From contig OZ234493.1 of assembly GCA_965153455.1 (NCBI GenBank), positions 18,218,213 to 18,282,212 on the forward strand: a DNA stretch of 64,000 nucleotides, in the 5' to 3' direction. A program made the position numbers and the translations under genes. Below, in pieces: positions 25,621 to 37,247 of this stretch; within the stretch, counting starts at the first letter, position 1, and each line of letters begins with the position of its first letter. Source of the stretch: Sphagnum compactum. Lineage: Eukaryota. The notes under the pieces were generated by a model that made no database searches, was not told the origin of the DNA, and worked only from the letters and a program-made list of their open reading frames with translations.

Positions 25621-28600
25621 GAGATGGCAGTATGTACACCCAAGAGTTTTTGTTTTCAAACAACCATGGGTTGGTATTAGACCATGGGCCAACAACATTG
25701 GTGGCAGCGAAGGGACATTACTGGGAGTTTGGGTGGAAATTTTGTCATGGATTTTCGAAACACTAGATGGTTATCAAATTGATTGTACTTTCAAGCTCTT
25801 CCTTGCAGACCTCTCTGTTGACATGATTCATGAAGCTTTGAGTTTAAAAGGACCCTTCTGTACTACTGATATGAGTTGGATATGGAGAGTGTAATCTCTG
25901 GAAGCTGTAGTGACATCACTTGCAGGGAAAATGGCTACCCTTCTTCCATGTAGCTAGATAGAGTGAGGTGTGTGTTTGACCAGGTTCCTGATCATGAAAT
26001 TGCTCCGGCTCAAGGTTTGTTTCTGTGCTCCTCTTTTGTGGTATTGGGTCTGTTTATTTTCTTGTTCTGTCCTCTGGTCAATGCTGTTGCTTACTTACAG
26101 GTGCGATTTATGGCCTCCCTCACATGTACTTTTTCCTGTGCTGAAGATTGAACAAGTTTGGATGATCATGAGTAGTGAGAGCAATCTTTCATGAATTTTA
26201 TAATTGATGTGGGAAGTAAAAGGTTGTTACATTTTGTGTCATGACTATTATTGTGTAAATAGTGGTGGATTCTATTTGTTAAGGATATGATTGTGTGAAT
26301 GATAGGAAATGGAAATTGTAAGTAATTGTGCTTAAGAAACAAAAAAGCCATGTGATTTTCATACTCATACTAGTTGACCTGAACAAATGGATATGCTCAT
26401 TCCTCTCTACAACTGGGATGCAATTCAAACAAAAGTTTAGTTTGTATATATTGAATGATTAATCTCTGAAACTTGGGTATTCATATATTCAGAAATGTAG
26501 TTTTTTTGGTTTTGTTTTGTCATGTCCAGATCTGCCAAACCACATTGCCCCTGCCATGCTCTTGGTAGAGTTGGAAAGCCCTCCATGAGCATGGGTGCAC
26601 TGATGCGGTTTTGTGATGTTTAGAGTTTAGACGTATGGTGTAGAGCTGATTTTTGAATACTTTTGTGATTGAAAATTCCAGTGAGAATATATTGGACTTG
26701 GTACATGATATACGGGTTTTTTTGCATAATCTTTTGTATGGTCTCCAACTTGACAACTCCGCACTGGAATCCTTTTGTATTTACCTTTTCATATCATCAC
26801 TTTTCCATCGTCACTTGTGGAAATTTAATTTTTTTGTCCTCTCAAGCAACACCAACATACATATGAATTGTAAAAATCATACCACATTGATTCAAGAACG
26901 AATCCCCTTTACGTCTTCTCTTTCAGACTGACATGGTTTCACTAATTTCTTGGTGTAATCATAACACAACTTTTTTTTAAAATGTTTTCAATATGTGAAG
27001 ATTGAATTGGATGTTCTAAAATGTATGAAAGTGAAAATGATTTCATGAAAAATTTATATGATCATGGAATTTTATTTTGATATTGTAGGATTCCAAGGAA
27101 CAAATGAAAAATGTCATTTCAACCTTGTGACAATTGATCACCACTGATAATGCAGAGCAGCAAAAAGCTCAAATAATAAAATCAAAATTAAAATTATAGA
27201 AAAATTGGGCTACACTCTTGATATTGTTGGAAAGCCCTCGACGAGTTGTAGGTAATGCATGGAAGGGATTTCATAGTTTTTAGACCTAAACCTAAGGTGC
27301 ATGAGATATTAAAATTTGAATATACTTTAGTCATCAGAATTCAGTGAAAAACTAAATTACAATGAAAATTAGATTTCAAAAGTTAGGTTAAAGAAGGTGT
27401 ACTATTATCTATTTAAAAATTCATTCAATATTTCTTTCACTTTCTTTCAGATTTTTGAAACATCGTAACATTGCATATGGCAAGGCCCTCCGGGGCAGGT
27501 GCTACAAGAATGGGGGCCGTACAAGGCTCTGCCTCAGGCCCTTACTCTGGTAAAGCCATTCCCGTAGGTCCTTCACCCAATGTGCAACTTGTTTTGTTGT
27601 CGTATTCAGGCACTTTTTCAGCCTTTTTTTCCTTAGGTGGGACAAGTATCCGCACTGCACTTCTAGGTGGAATAGGCCTTATAAGCCCAGTTCCGTAGCA
27701 CATAATGAGCTTTCAAGAGATGAAATTATTGAACACACGGTTCTTGTGGAATAATTATGAACTCTAACAAAAAAAATTTATTAACAGCGGAAATTTTTTA
27801 AAAGCACCCACTTGACAGACCCCAAAGAAAAAAGAAGCAAGAAGAAAAACCCTTCCACAGAAAGCCCCTAAACCCCGCGGCCCTACCAATGAACGATGTA
27901 AGCATGTAGGTGATCATAGTGGACAAAGGAGGGCTTTTTCCTTTGTTGATTCCATGAAAATATGTGTGAACTTGCTTAGCATCACACACACTACCTATGG
28001 TGGTGCTCAGGAAGCATTAGAACTGAATTCATGTACCGCACGCAGTAGGGTGAATTTGGGCGGTGTCACCCTACCACTAGTTTTCACCTAGGACTTGTTC
28101 TCACCCAAAAGAAAGGGAGACACTAAATACCTCCTAACAAGTTCTATACAAAGACCATTTATGGACTTTTGCATGGTTTTATGGGTTGTGCCATTCATGT
28201 CCTTCATGATTCATGAGGACAAAAAGAGGCCTTGTGTCGTTTTGGCTCGAGATCCTGTGGTTTTTTGTTTGTTTTTCCATTAGTTCATTTTTTTATTCAT
28301 TTGTGAGGCTTCCTTAGTTTTTTCTTTTTTCCCTGGTTTATTTTTTTGTTTCTTCTTGTGCTTTTTGTCATTGCCTTTTACACTTTGTCTTACTTTTTCT
28401 TTTTTGGTTCTAGGTCTTAAAGTTCAGCTTTTATGGAAGCCTTTCCTCTTGCTAGGGCTCTCCCTTTTTTGCACCTTCCTCTTTTCATTCTTCTTTCTTA
28501 TTTTTTTAGGTGCAATCTTTGTTGTTTTCCCATGGTTTTATCTCGTTGTCTCATTTTCTCGTCCCCATGGTTTCATCTCGTTGTTTTTTTTTCTTCTTTT

Positions 28601-28724
28601 TTTTGCTATGCAATGTTGGCTTTTATTTTTATCTTTCCTCTTTGTCTTGTTTTGTGATGTTTCATCAAGTTTGTGTTTCAATTGATTTTTTGGTTATTTT
28701 TGAGAATTCAAGTTTGGCCCATCT

Positions 28725-30000
28725 TCAGTGTGATGTCCCATGTTTTGCATGTGAGATTTTATTTATTTGTTTAGGCCTAGCTCATTATCAAAAGCATTGT
28801 CAAGTTTTTTGAACTTAAGCTTGGGGTGGTGAGGAGGTGCCCTTAACTCCCCTTTAGGTCCTTTGCCTTTCCCTGTCAACTTGGGCTTGGGTATCAAGCT
28901 TAAACCCTTTTGCACGTTCCATTTGGGATTCCTCGGCCATGTTTAAATTCGTGTATCCTAGAGCTTTAAGGTGTGAAATGCATATTATTTTTTGTTTTCC
29001 CTTAGATTGCTAGTTCTACTTAAGATGTTGTTATTTAACAATTTCTTTTTTTTTCCCACTATGGTGCCTTTTTCTTCCTTCTTTTGAGTGAGTGATTAAG
29101 CATAAAGAAACCAGGGCACATTTGCGACATATTTTTCAGTGATTGGGAGGAGCTTTAAATGGAACATTCATTTCTTGCTTAAGATTTTGTTGTTTCTTAA
29201 TTTCAAAATAAGCCCCTTTAGAAGGGAGTATCCCTTTTGAGCTCCACCCCACCCCAACCCATGTCGTTTTGGACAAAGTTTAGCCTTGGCATGTGCCCCA
29301 AAGTATTTGGGCTACTATAGTTTTTACACCCATGGCCCCAACCCTTGTTTCAATTGTGATTGTTCGTGAATTGTAGGCCCTCCACTTGTCAAATCTGTCA
29401 TCAATATGCCCAAATTCTTTAATGGAGTTTTAGTCAAACACAAACTTAAACTTTTGATTTGACTCTATTAAGTCTAAATTCATCCATAGGTCCTATCTTT
29501 TAGCAAATGAATTTGGCATGGTATTTGAGTACCTTCAAAACTCATTTCACCCTAAGGATTCATCCAACAGCTTTTTCAAGTTGTTGTTGATGTGCTCCTA
29601 TGTTACAATAAGGCATATATTTGGGAGCATAACTTGGGTGTTGGGAGTTGATTGACTTTAAACCTTGGCCAAACCTTTCAAAAGCATTTGACCCGTCATA
29701 GTGGGTGAGGTTTTATATCAATTAATGAATAAAACTTTGTGCTTTTAGTTTCATGACACATTTTTAACTCGTTTATCCTTTCATCAATTTAGTGTTCCAA
29801 TTAGGCAAGTTGCAAGGTTGGGGTGCACAATATTTGAATGACCTTAAATGTAGATCACAAATGGGTGAATTTGTAAGTAGACATTACAAATGTCTTTAAC
29901 ACAATTTCTCGTAAAGTCATATTCTAAGAGCTCTAAATAATGGATGGTTAATTAACCAATTAGCCCAGCTCTTCCCATTTGTTCAAGTCTTTTATGTAAT
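28725..30000 (+). mobile_element. Decayed CRE-like non-LTR retrotransposon fragment (relative of 52725-55640)
   Basis: Colinear similarity to ~52725-53960, e.g. GGTGA.GAGGTGCC.TTAACTCCCCTT and CCTTGGCCAAACCTTT.AAAAGCATTTG.CC. Truncated at ~30000. Confidence 0.7.
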
Positions 30001-30169
30001 GCCCAACTATTGAAATAGCTAAAGTAACAAATTGAAAACAATGATGCTTCTTCTATTCAATTGAAGTTGTAGACCTTCCTATTAGCAGAAGGAATTGTAA
30101 GCTAAAAAGGAAAGAAAGCAAAATAACATTGTATTTTCCAATATTGAATTTAAATACATTTTAGCCTCT

Positions 30170-30763
30170 CAATCAATAAAATAGGCGATATGGATCCAAA
30201 ATTTACTTAAAGATTTTAGTGAAGATCAAACCAACCCAACAATATTGAACTATGAGAATCAAAGTGTAATATCATTGGAAAGTAACACCAAATATCATTC
30301 ATGCATGAAGCATATGGATATACATTATCGTTTTATATGAGATGTCGTGAACAATAAAATGGTGTAGTTGAAGTATCACCCACTTTAAGTTATGGCTATT
30401 GACTTCTTCACAAAAAGTTTAAAAAAACTTAAACATACAACTTGTAAAAAGTTATTAGGCTTAGAAGAAGTGGGAATTAGAACTAATCAAATTAGGTTCA
30501 ATATTATGTGGGAGTGTTTGAATGTTGTATTAACAATATAATATAAAATCTAAATACAAAAACATAAAGTCTAGAACTCTAAAGTTGTGACTATTTGTGA
30601 ATTAGTATGATTGTAAGAAAAGAAATATACATTTGGTGAAAGGACATTAATCCATTCATATAAAATAATTTTGTCTTATATCCATTATTAATTACCTTTG
30701 AATATATTCTCTCTCCAAGCTCTATGTATGGAGTTTATCCTCATGTTCTTTCATAATTCAACA
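30170..30763 (+). mobile_element. Ty1/copia remnant: RNase H end, PPT and putative 3' LTR
   Basis: ~30245-30460 reads YENQSVISLESNTKYHSCMKHMDIHYRFI*D...MAIDFFTKSL, matching the copia RNase H motifs DNQ, KHID and ADxxTK. A purine-rich GTGGGAG is followed by a TG...CA segment at 30515-30763. Confidence 0.7.
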
Positions 30764-31966
30764 ATGACTTCTTGACATTATTGTTTCATAGATGCCACAA
30801 TCCTTTAAAACATCTTGCATAACATAAACAATAGTCCCTATGTGATCTAGGAATGTTGCCTAAATATGTTGTTTAACAAACTCAAGGGCCAAGTGGTCAA
30901 TGTTGGTGTTCAAATATGTGATCCAACAAATGGTGTTCTCATGAATACAATTGATCAAGGTTAAGAAATTAGTGAACAAATCACCTTGAAAAAGGATTTA
31001 CTATCACAATACATGTAATATCCATTCCCTTCACATATTTTTATTACATCTATAAAATCACACACTAAAACATCCTTTAATTGTGCAAATTTTATCACAT
31101 AATGCATTACATCTAAATATGATGAATGACAACATTCAACTTTACCAATGTTTTCACATCATTGAATAAATACAAGTTAGATTTGGCACTAAGTATTGTG
31201 GGTGCATCCAATCCCAAATTCATGAAGACGGTATAGTATTGAGTTGAGACATGTTTCACATTACTGAACACGGATATCCATATCGAATCTTGATGTTATG
31301 TGTAATTTTGGACATGCCTTTAGTTTTCATGATCTCTACTAATTTGGTAAATTCCACATTCATCATGGGGCTACTATGACTAAAATAGCCATTGTAAGAA
31401 ATTGCAAAAAAAATTTAATGCAAGAAACCAAGGACGGGTTAAAAAGAATTTGTACTGCAAGATTTGTCTACTAAATCATGCAACGCACATTGGTGACAAA
31501 ATGGGGCATATTATCATTAAGTTTGAACTATCTTTGCAATTTTGAAAAATGTTAACCCCTTTAGAACCAAAATCATTAAGCAACCTCCTCATTCTTCAAG
31601 CCCCCTTGTGCAATCTTGGAATGCATCAATAGAAGTGCTAAACTATTAGCTCTTGATCCTAATAACACTTTGTTTCACATTTAGTAACTAAATGAATTTA
31701 ACACTAGTCATGCACAACATAAGCATGTACAATTGCCCAACTTAACCTGTTCATGGAGGTGACTTCATCATAAGCTAAGCACAAAAAAATGGCATGTTGG
31801 CATGAAAGGTGCACATACTTCCTCCCAATCCTGCTCCTGAATCAAAGGGGGTAGATACTTGATAGAAGAAGGAATAGTGAGTGTCAAGTGAGGTAAAGAT
31901 GCCAGAGAAGTACATCATTTGATCTCTGATGGACTACTATACTCTTCAGGTAACTCTATCTCTCGC

Positions 31967-32290
31967 TTTTGTTGGCCTTGCCTACCAAGGCAAGGATATT
32001 GTGTTTAACTTCATTATAGAGTATAGTAGCTTAAGGGATTCTGATCCCTAGGTAATAGGTCTATTTTTATATATGAGGATTTTTGAAAGATGATATTTCG
32101 GCTTGTGTTGAAACTTGAGATTAGTTATTATAGAGTTATAATATCTTGAAGGATTTTGGTTTTTTTTAGAGGATTTTTTGAAGATTATATTTTTTCATGC
32201 TGAAATATTTGTGTTTCCATAATTCTTTTTTTGTCTTAAGATAGGTTTTAATGTAAATGGCAAGGCCACAGTGTGACACACCCCTTGTTT
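31967..32290 (+). mobile_element. Non-autonomous element with Helentron/HINE-type termini (complete copy)
   Basis: In order: T-run, sub-terminal IR TGGCCTTGCC (31973-31982), nearby partial inverse GGCAAGG (31989-31995), 3' GGCAAGGCCA (32259-32268), palindrome GTGTGACACAC (32271-32281), then CTTGTTT. Other copies are at 56188-56470, 63881-64000 and, as a 3' part, 49292-49447. Confidence 0.7.
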
Positions 32291-32291
32291 A

Positions 32292-32406
32292 GGGCAGTGC
32301 CCATGGGTGGGGCATATTTTGGAAATCCAAGGTTAGAGGCTCACCTACACCTCACCTGTTGGGCCCTTTAGTTCCAAAATGCCTCCACCCATGGAGATGT
32401 CTGCCT
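32292..32406. mobile_element. Small inverted-repeat element (MITE-like)
   Basis: The arms CCATGGGTGGGGCATATTTTGGAA and TTCCAAAATGCCTCCACCCATGG enclose a ~50-bp core. Confidence 0.5.
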
Positions 32407-32638
32407 AATAATTAATTCATTTAGAAGATTTAATACTAGTATCTCCCAAAAGATTTTAATTCCAAAATTTTCTTTCAAAAGATTATTAAAATTTTCACCA
32501 AAATTTCTTTTTGGAGGGAAAAGTAAATTTTTTTGAAAATTTCAGCATTCCTAAAACAATATAAATTGTGCTGAAGCCACCAAGGTACTACCATATAGAC
32601 AGACACTTGAGATACTTTTATCTTTTGTATATGTGTTA

Positions 32639-33012
32639 GAACATCTCCAATTGTGCTCAGTATGTGACTCTGGATAATAAAATTAAATGTCTAAGTTTAG
32701 CTTTTTTTTTTTTTGGCAACCCCACCAAAAAACTGTGACTGGAACTGCATATATATGGGGACTACTAATTAGCAAACCACCTGGACCAATCATTATGATC
32801 GACCAATCAAAAATACTGAACTGCAATTAGGTCCAATTTTATTACACTCTTTTTTGCAGGTGCACAACTGTGTTGCGCCTTTACCAGCCATGGCAAGCTG
32901 CACGAATTTGGTGCAAAAAAACCAATTCCCTGAGCTAAACTGGCACATTTTGAGTTTTTTGCAATAAATTGTACTGTCTGGAGTCACATACTGAGCACCG
33001 TTGGAGATGCTC
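32639..33012 (+). mobile_element. Tourist/PIF-Harbinger-like MITE, copy 1
   Basis: TIRs are GAACATCTCCAATTGTGCTCAGTATGTGACTC and GAGTCACATACTGAGCACCGTTGGAGATGCTC, with flanks TTA / TCA. Confidence 0.8.
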
Positions 33013-33293
33013 TCATACCTCTCTATACATGTGTGTCTCGTTAAAGTTAGGGCTTACCAATTCCACCCTTTTTCTGACACTTTATTGCTGCGGAATCAGC
33101 CTAGCTTGCCAATTTTGTGGCCAGCACATTCTGTGTAGTTCCCTTCATAGTCTCCGACGTTCCAACGCGTTCCCTTCGTTTAAACACCCAAAAAGCAGGC
33201 CGACTAGATTATGTTAGGTGCGCACACCCTAGGCTTGGCGTAATGGGGTCACCCAAGGCATGCTTACCCGACAGAATCTGCCATCTACATCCC

Positions 33294-33580
33294 CCTCTCT
33301 AGTACATGATTCTCCTCGTGAGTCACATTGGGTTAACAGACATAGGTGGGCATTTCCGGAATAAAGGGCCTAGGTCAGGCACAGCGGAGCCTTGTCCTGA
33401 ATTTCAGAATTTCCCCTCACACCGGGGTGTCTACAGCCCACTCTCTCGCACATGATTCTCCTCGTGAATCACATTGGGTTAACAGACATAGGTGGGCATT
33501 TCCGGAATAAAGGGCCTAGGTCAGGCACAGCCGAACCTTGTGCTGAATTTCAGAATTTCCCCTCACAACCGAGGTGTTAC
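33294..33580. repeat. ~145-bp near-identical tandem duplication between the two MITEs
   Basis: ACATGATTCTCCTCGTGA.TCACATTGGGTTAACAGACATAGGTGGG...GAATTTCAGAATTTCCCCTCACA occurs twice. Confidence 0.9.
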
Positions 33581-33585
33581 TCTAA

Positions 33586-33965
33586 GAGCAATCTCCACCG
33601 GTGCTCAGTATGTGACTCCAGACAGTAAAATTCATTGAGAAAAAGTTCAAAATGTGCCAGTTTATCTCAGAAAATTGATTTTTCAGCACCAAATTCGTGC
33701 AGCTTGCCGTGGCTGGTAAATGGCACAACAAAGTTGTGCACCTCCAAAAAAGAGTGTAGTAAATTGGACCTGACTGCGGCTCAGTTTTTCTGATTGGTTG
33801 ATCATAATGATTGGTCCAGGTGGTTTGTTACTAGTAGTTCCCACATATATGCAGTTCCAATTACAGTTTTATGGGTGGGGTTGCGAAAAAAAAAATCAGC
33901 TAAACTTAGACATTTAATTTTATTATCCGGAGTCACACATACTCTGAGCACCGGTGGACATTCTC
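33586..33965 (-). mobile_element. Tourist/PIF-Harbinger-like MITE, copy 2 (inverted relative to copy 1)
   Basis: Same TIR family (GAGCAATCTCCACCGGTGCTCAGTATGTGACTCC). The internal sequence is the reverse complement of 32639-33012. Flanks are TAA / TGA. Confidence 0.8.
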
Positions 33966-35356
33966 TGAGGTGATGATGGATGTGTGGATCTGGAGAATGG
34001 CACACCTCCAAAGTGCAGAGTTACCTTACGCCTACTAGATCAGCCACTATACGCCTACTAGACGCCTAGTAATAGGTGTATGGTGGCTCCCCACCTAGAC
34101 CAGACATCATTCATCCATACAAGGTGCCCTTTCCCAAGACCATAGTTCAGGGGCAGCTTCAACTTATTGGTGTGTCAAATAGAGAATTAAATTTGAAGAT
34201 TACATATATGTCAGAAAATAGAAAAATCCTGAATATTTATAAAAGATTCTCAATTTTGCTTCACAAAATTTGGGTTCTCTAAAAACAAAATTTGTGGAAA
34301 ATTTCAACATTTCTACAAATACTGTAATTAGTGCCAAAGTTCCTAAGGTACACTCCAGTCAGGGTTTTTTTGTTCCCCCAATTTATGATATTGAAAAATT
34401 GGAGAAAAGTTTCCCAAAAGACAGCAAAATTAGTTGAATTTACACTTAGAAAAACAAAAAATCCCAAAGAATTCCCAATTTTTTGTTCAGAAAAAGGACA
34501 AAAAATTGCACCCCACCCAAAAAAAACCCTCTACAGAACAAGGAAAAAATAGCTGCTGGGACATTTTATAAATATTAAAAAAAACAAGTCACCATGAAGT
34601 GGATGTTTTTTCTTGGGAAGTGTGACCCCCAAACCCTAAAAAGCTCATCTTTGAATACTCATCAAAGGAATAACACTTTTTCTTTTTTCTTTTATGGACT
34701 TCGAATCATCACACTCAGCTCAGCAAAATGAGGCAAAATAAATCCCTTGCACGTACATTGCACTTAGTCCTCATTGCGTTGCGAGGGTTCTCAGTATATA
34801 TCCTCTTCTCTCTCGTCTTTCTTTGTCGTCGCGTTTGCACAGTACTGAGCGCTTCACACGCCCAATACGCGCATTCCACCGCACAGGAGCCCGGCGTTGA
34901 GGTAACGGCGAACAAACGACACGAGCAAAGGACAGGAGCAGGGAAGGGACGGGAGCTAAGCCAAGCCAAGCCGCCAAGGGGGGTGGGTTTTGGGAGAGAG
35001 AGACAAAGAGGGGACCACCGCCAGCAGCCACCGCGACGGAGAGCAGCACCGTTCCAAATTGACAAGCAGGTAAATGATACGTAGTTCAAACGAACTAGGG
35101 ACAAATAGACAGATAGACCGGTGAAAAAGAGTTGCGAGTTTTTTTTTGTTTGTACAAGTTTGACAAGCGGCGTGACGAGAGCACGTGTAAAGAAGCGGTG
35201 GTAGGAATGAGTCGGCTGCTGTATTAAGTTTTGCTTTCACGATTTGCTTATCGCTTAACAAAGTAGTGTTATTTTCCATTTAGAGAAGTTCGAAGGACAA
35301 TGCGGCGCAGAACAGAAGTAATAGTCATTTCCGAGGCTTGGCGTTTGCTGACTGTT

Positions 35357-35407
<51 letters not shown>
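35357..35407. repeat. Compound (GT)n(GA)n microsatellite in the probable promoter/5' leader of ARD
   Basis: Read directly from the sequence. Confidence 0.9.
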
Positions 35408-37247
35408 TGAGTGTTCAAGAGTCTGTTCCAAATCGCTTTGTTTTGCTCTCGTTTTTTGTGCCTCGGTAAGGATAGTTAGCGATTTCGAACATTTTCCGAC
35501 CGACGAACGAGGTAGGGGAGCGCCAGTTCCATTTTTGCCTATTTTGTTCGCCGTTGACGAGATCTTATGGAAGATCGATGTATCCTGATCTCCAGTGAGA
35601 TCTGACTTTTTCTTGTTGCCGAAGAAAAGCGGTTGATATCTAGCAAACCCTCAAACAAATCTGACGAGGGATAGCAAGTGCATTCTCATGTTTTGCCGGT
35701 GTTGAGCATTAGCTACAGGTAAGTTTGAAATGGGTAATGTTCACGGCGAAGAGCGTACTCGGAGAAAATCATGTTTCTGGACAATGTTCCGGATGGCCTG
35801 TTGATGTCCTGGGGGCCAGAGATGATGAGCATCGTCGTGTCCAGTAATGTGAACAACGTAGAAACCTTTGTCGAACCTATAGGCTGGTTTCTTAGGTTTA
35901 TTTGTGGGTGACAGGAGGGAGCTCGGTTGGACTCGGAGGGTCGGTTTTCGCTTCCGTTGTGGTAAGGCGGAGCAAGAAGCCATGGGCGTTCAGGTACAAT
36001 CTCGCAGCCATGGCTGTTGCTGAACCGTGCTGTTGACAGCGGAGAAGTTTTTTGACGGACTTCATCATTTCCTGAACATAATGTAGTTGGGAAGGTCCAT
36101 GGTCTGAGGTCTTTTCTACTACTTATCAAGTTTCTTTGTTTTTAGGAGATTGTGTCTTGAGTTCTTTGGAACTTTGATCCTCTGAAGAAGAATTTATTCA
36201 TTTGGTTTTGAGGAAGGAAGCAGCAGCAGCTCAGAATGATCTGGATAGACAATGCACTGATACAGAGAACCGAGTGTGGAATCTTGTACATTTATATTGA
36301 ACCTTAACCAAGACTCTTTTGGTAGCAGCATATACCCAAAAACATCTTGTGAGTTGAATTGTAGGTCTAAAGGCTTCTTGGAATTTCTTGGATCTAGCTG
36401 TGAGACAAAGTCCTCAAGGTTTGTCCTGTGACATTTTTGACAAACGCTCTCAACCAGAGTATGCAGGTATTGAAATGATTAGAATGCCTCATGTTCATTC
36501 CAATATCTCAATGACTGGAAGCTGGGGGTTATTGATAGCCAATTTTACAGATTCTTGAGGCTTTGTCATTGTAAGAAGTTTTTTGTCTTTGAGATGGTCA
36601 GTCTTATTGTCTTTCTGAAGGTAAAAGGCTACCCTTTGAAAAGTCTTCTAAAGAGAACTAGAGGGCTGCTTATTCCTTGTTGGAATTTCCGCTTTTGGCA
36701 TTTTCAAAATGATTTTGCTTTGGGTCTTGTGAGTGGGGAGCTTATTGTAAGCCCATATGTTCATAGTCTTTCCCTGTTGTCCTTTCCTTTAGTTTTTCTT
36801 TTCTCTTTCTGTAAGTCTGGTTTTGTCTTGTTGTTGTGGTCTCTTTCTAGCCAGTAGTGTGGCTGAGTCTTCCTGTTGCTTCTGGAATTGCAGCAGAAAC
36901 TCAGTTCGCAGGTTGGTGCTTGTCACCAGCCTTTACCCACTGTAGGGAGCTAATGAAGCCAGTGGGGAAGTTGTTGTAGTTAAGTCACTATCCTACATAC
37001 TACTGTTGATGGTACCTGAACAGGTGTGAGACTGGCACTTTTATTCATGCCGGTGTGTGTTTTTTGTTTGTTCTGTCTTTCCTTGTTTGGTTCTTTCTAT
37101 GGCTTACTGAGGAAGTGTTAACCTTGCTGTTTTTCCATCATCGTGAGAATGAAGATTTCTCTATTCTTATGAGAGCTATTACATTGAAGATTGGGTGATT
37201 GATTAGTTCAACACATGGAATACTGTGATTAGGTTGAGCAGCCTGCA

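Noticed and set aside
27471-27698. Small GC-richer island; the minus strand reads GLIRPIPPRSAVRILVPPKEKK, vaguely like the start of an LTR-retrotransposon RT
   Set aside because: Too short and divergent to support a call.
28356-28812. Hydrophobic ORFs of 74-109 aa
   Set aside because: Artefacts of T-rich low-complexity sequence next to a decayed TE.
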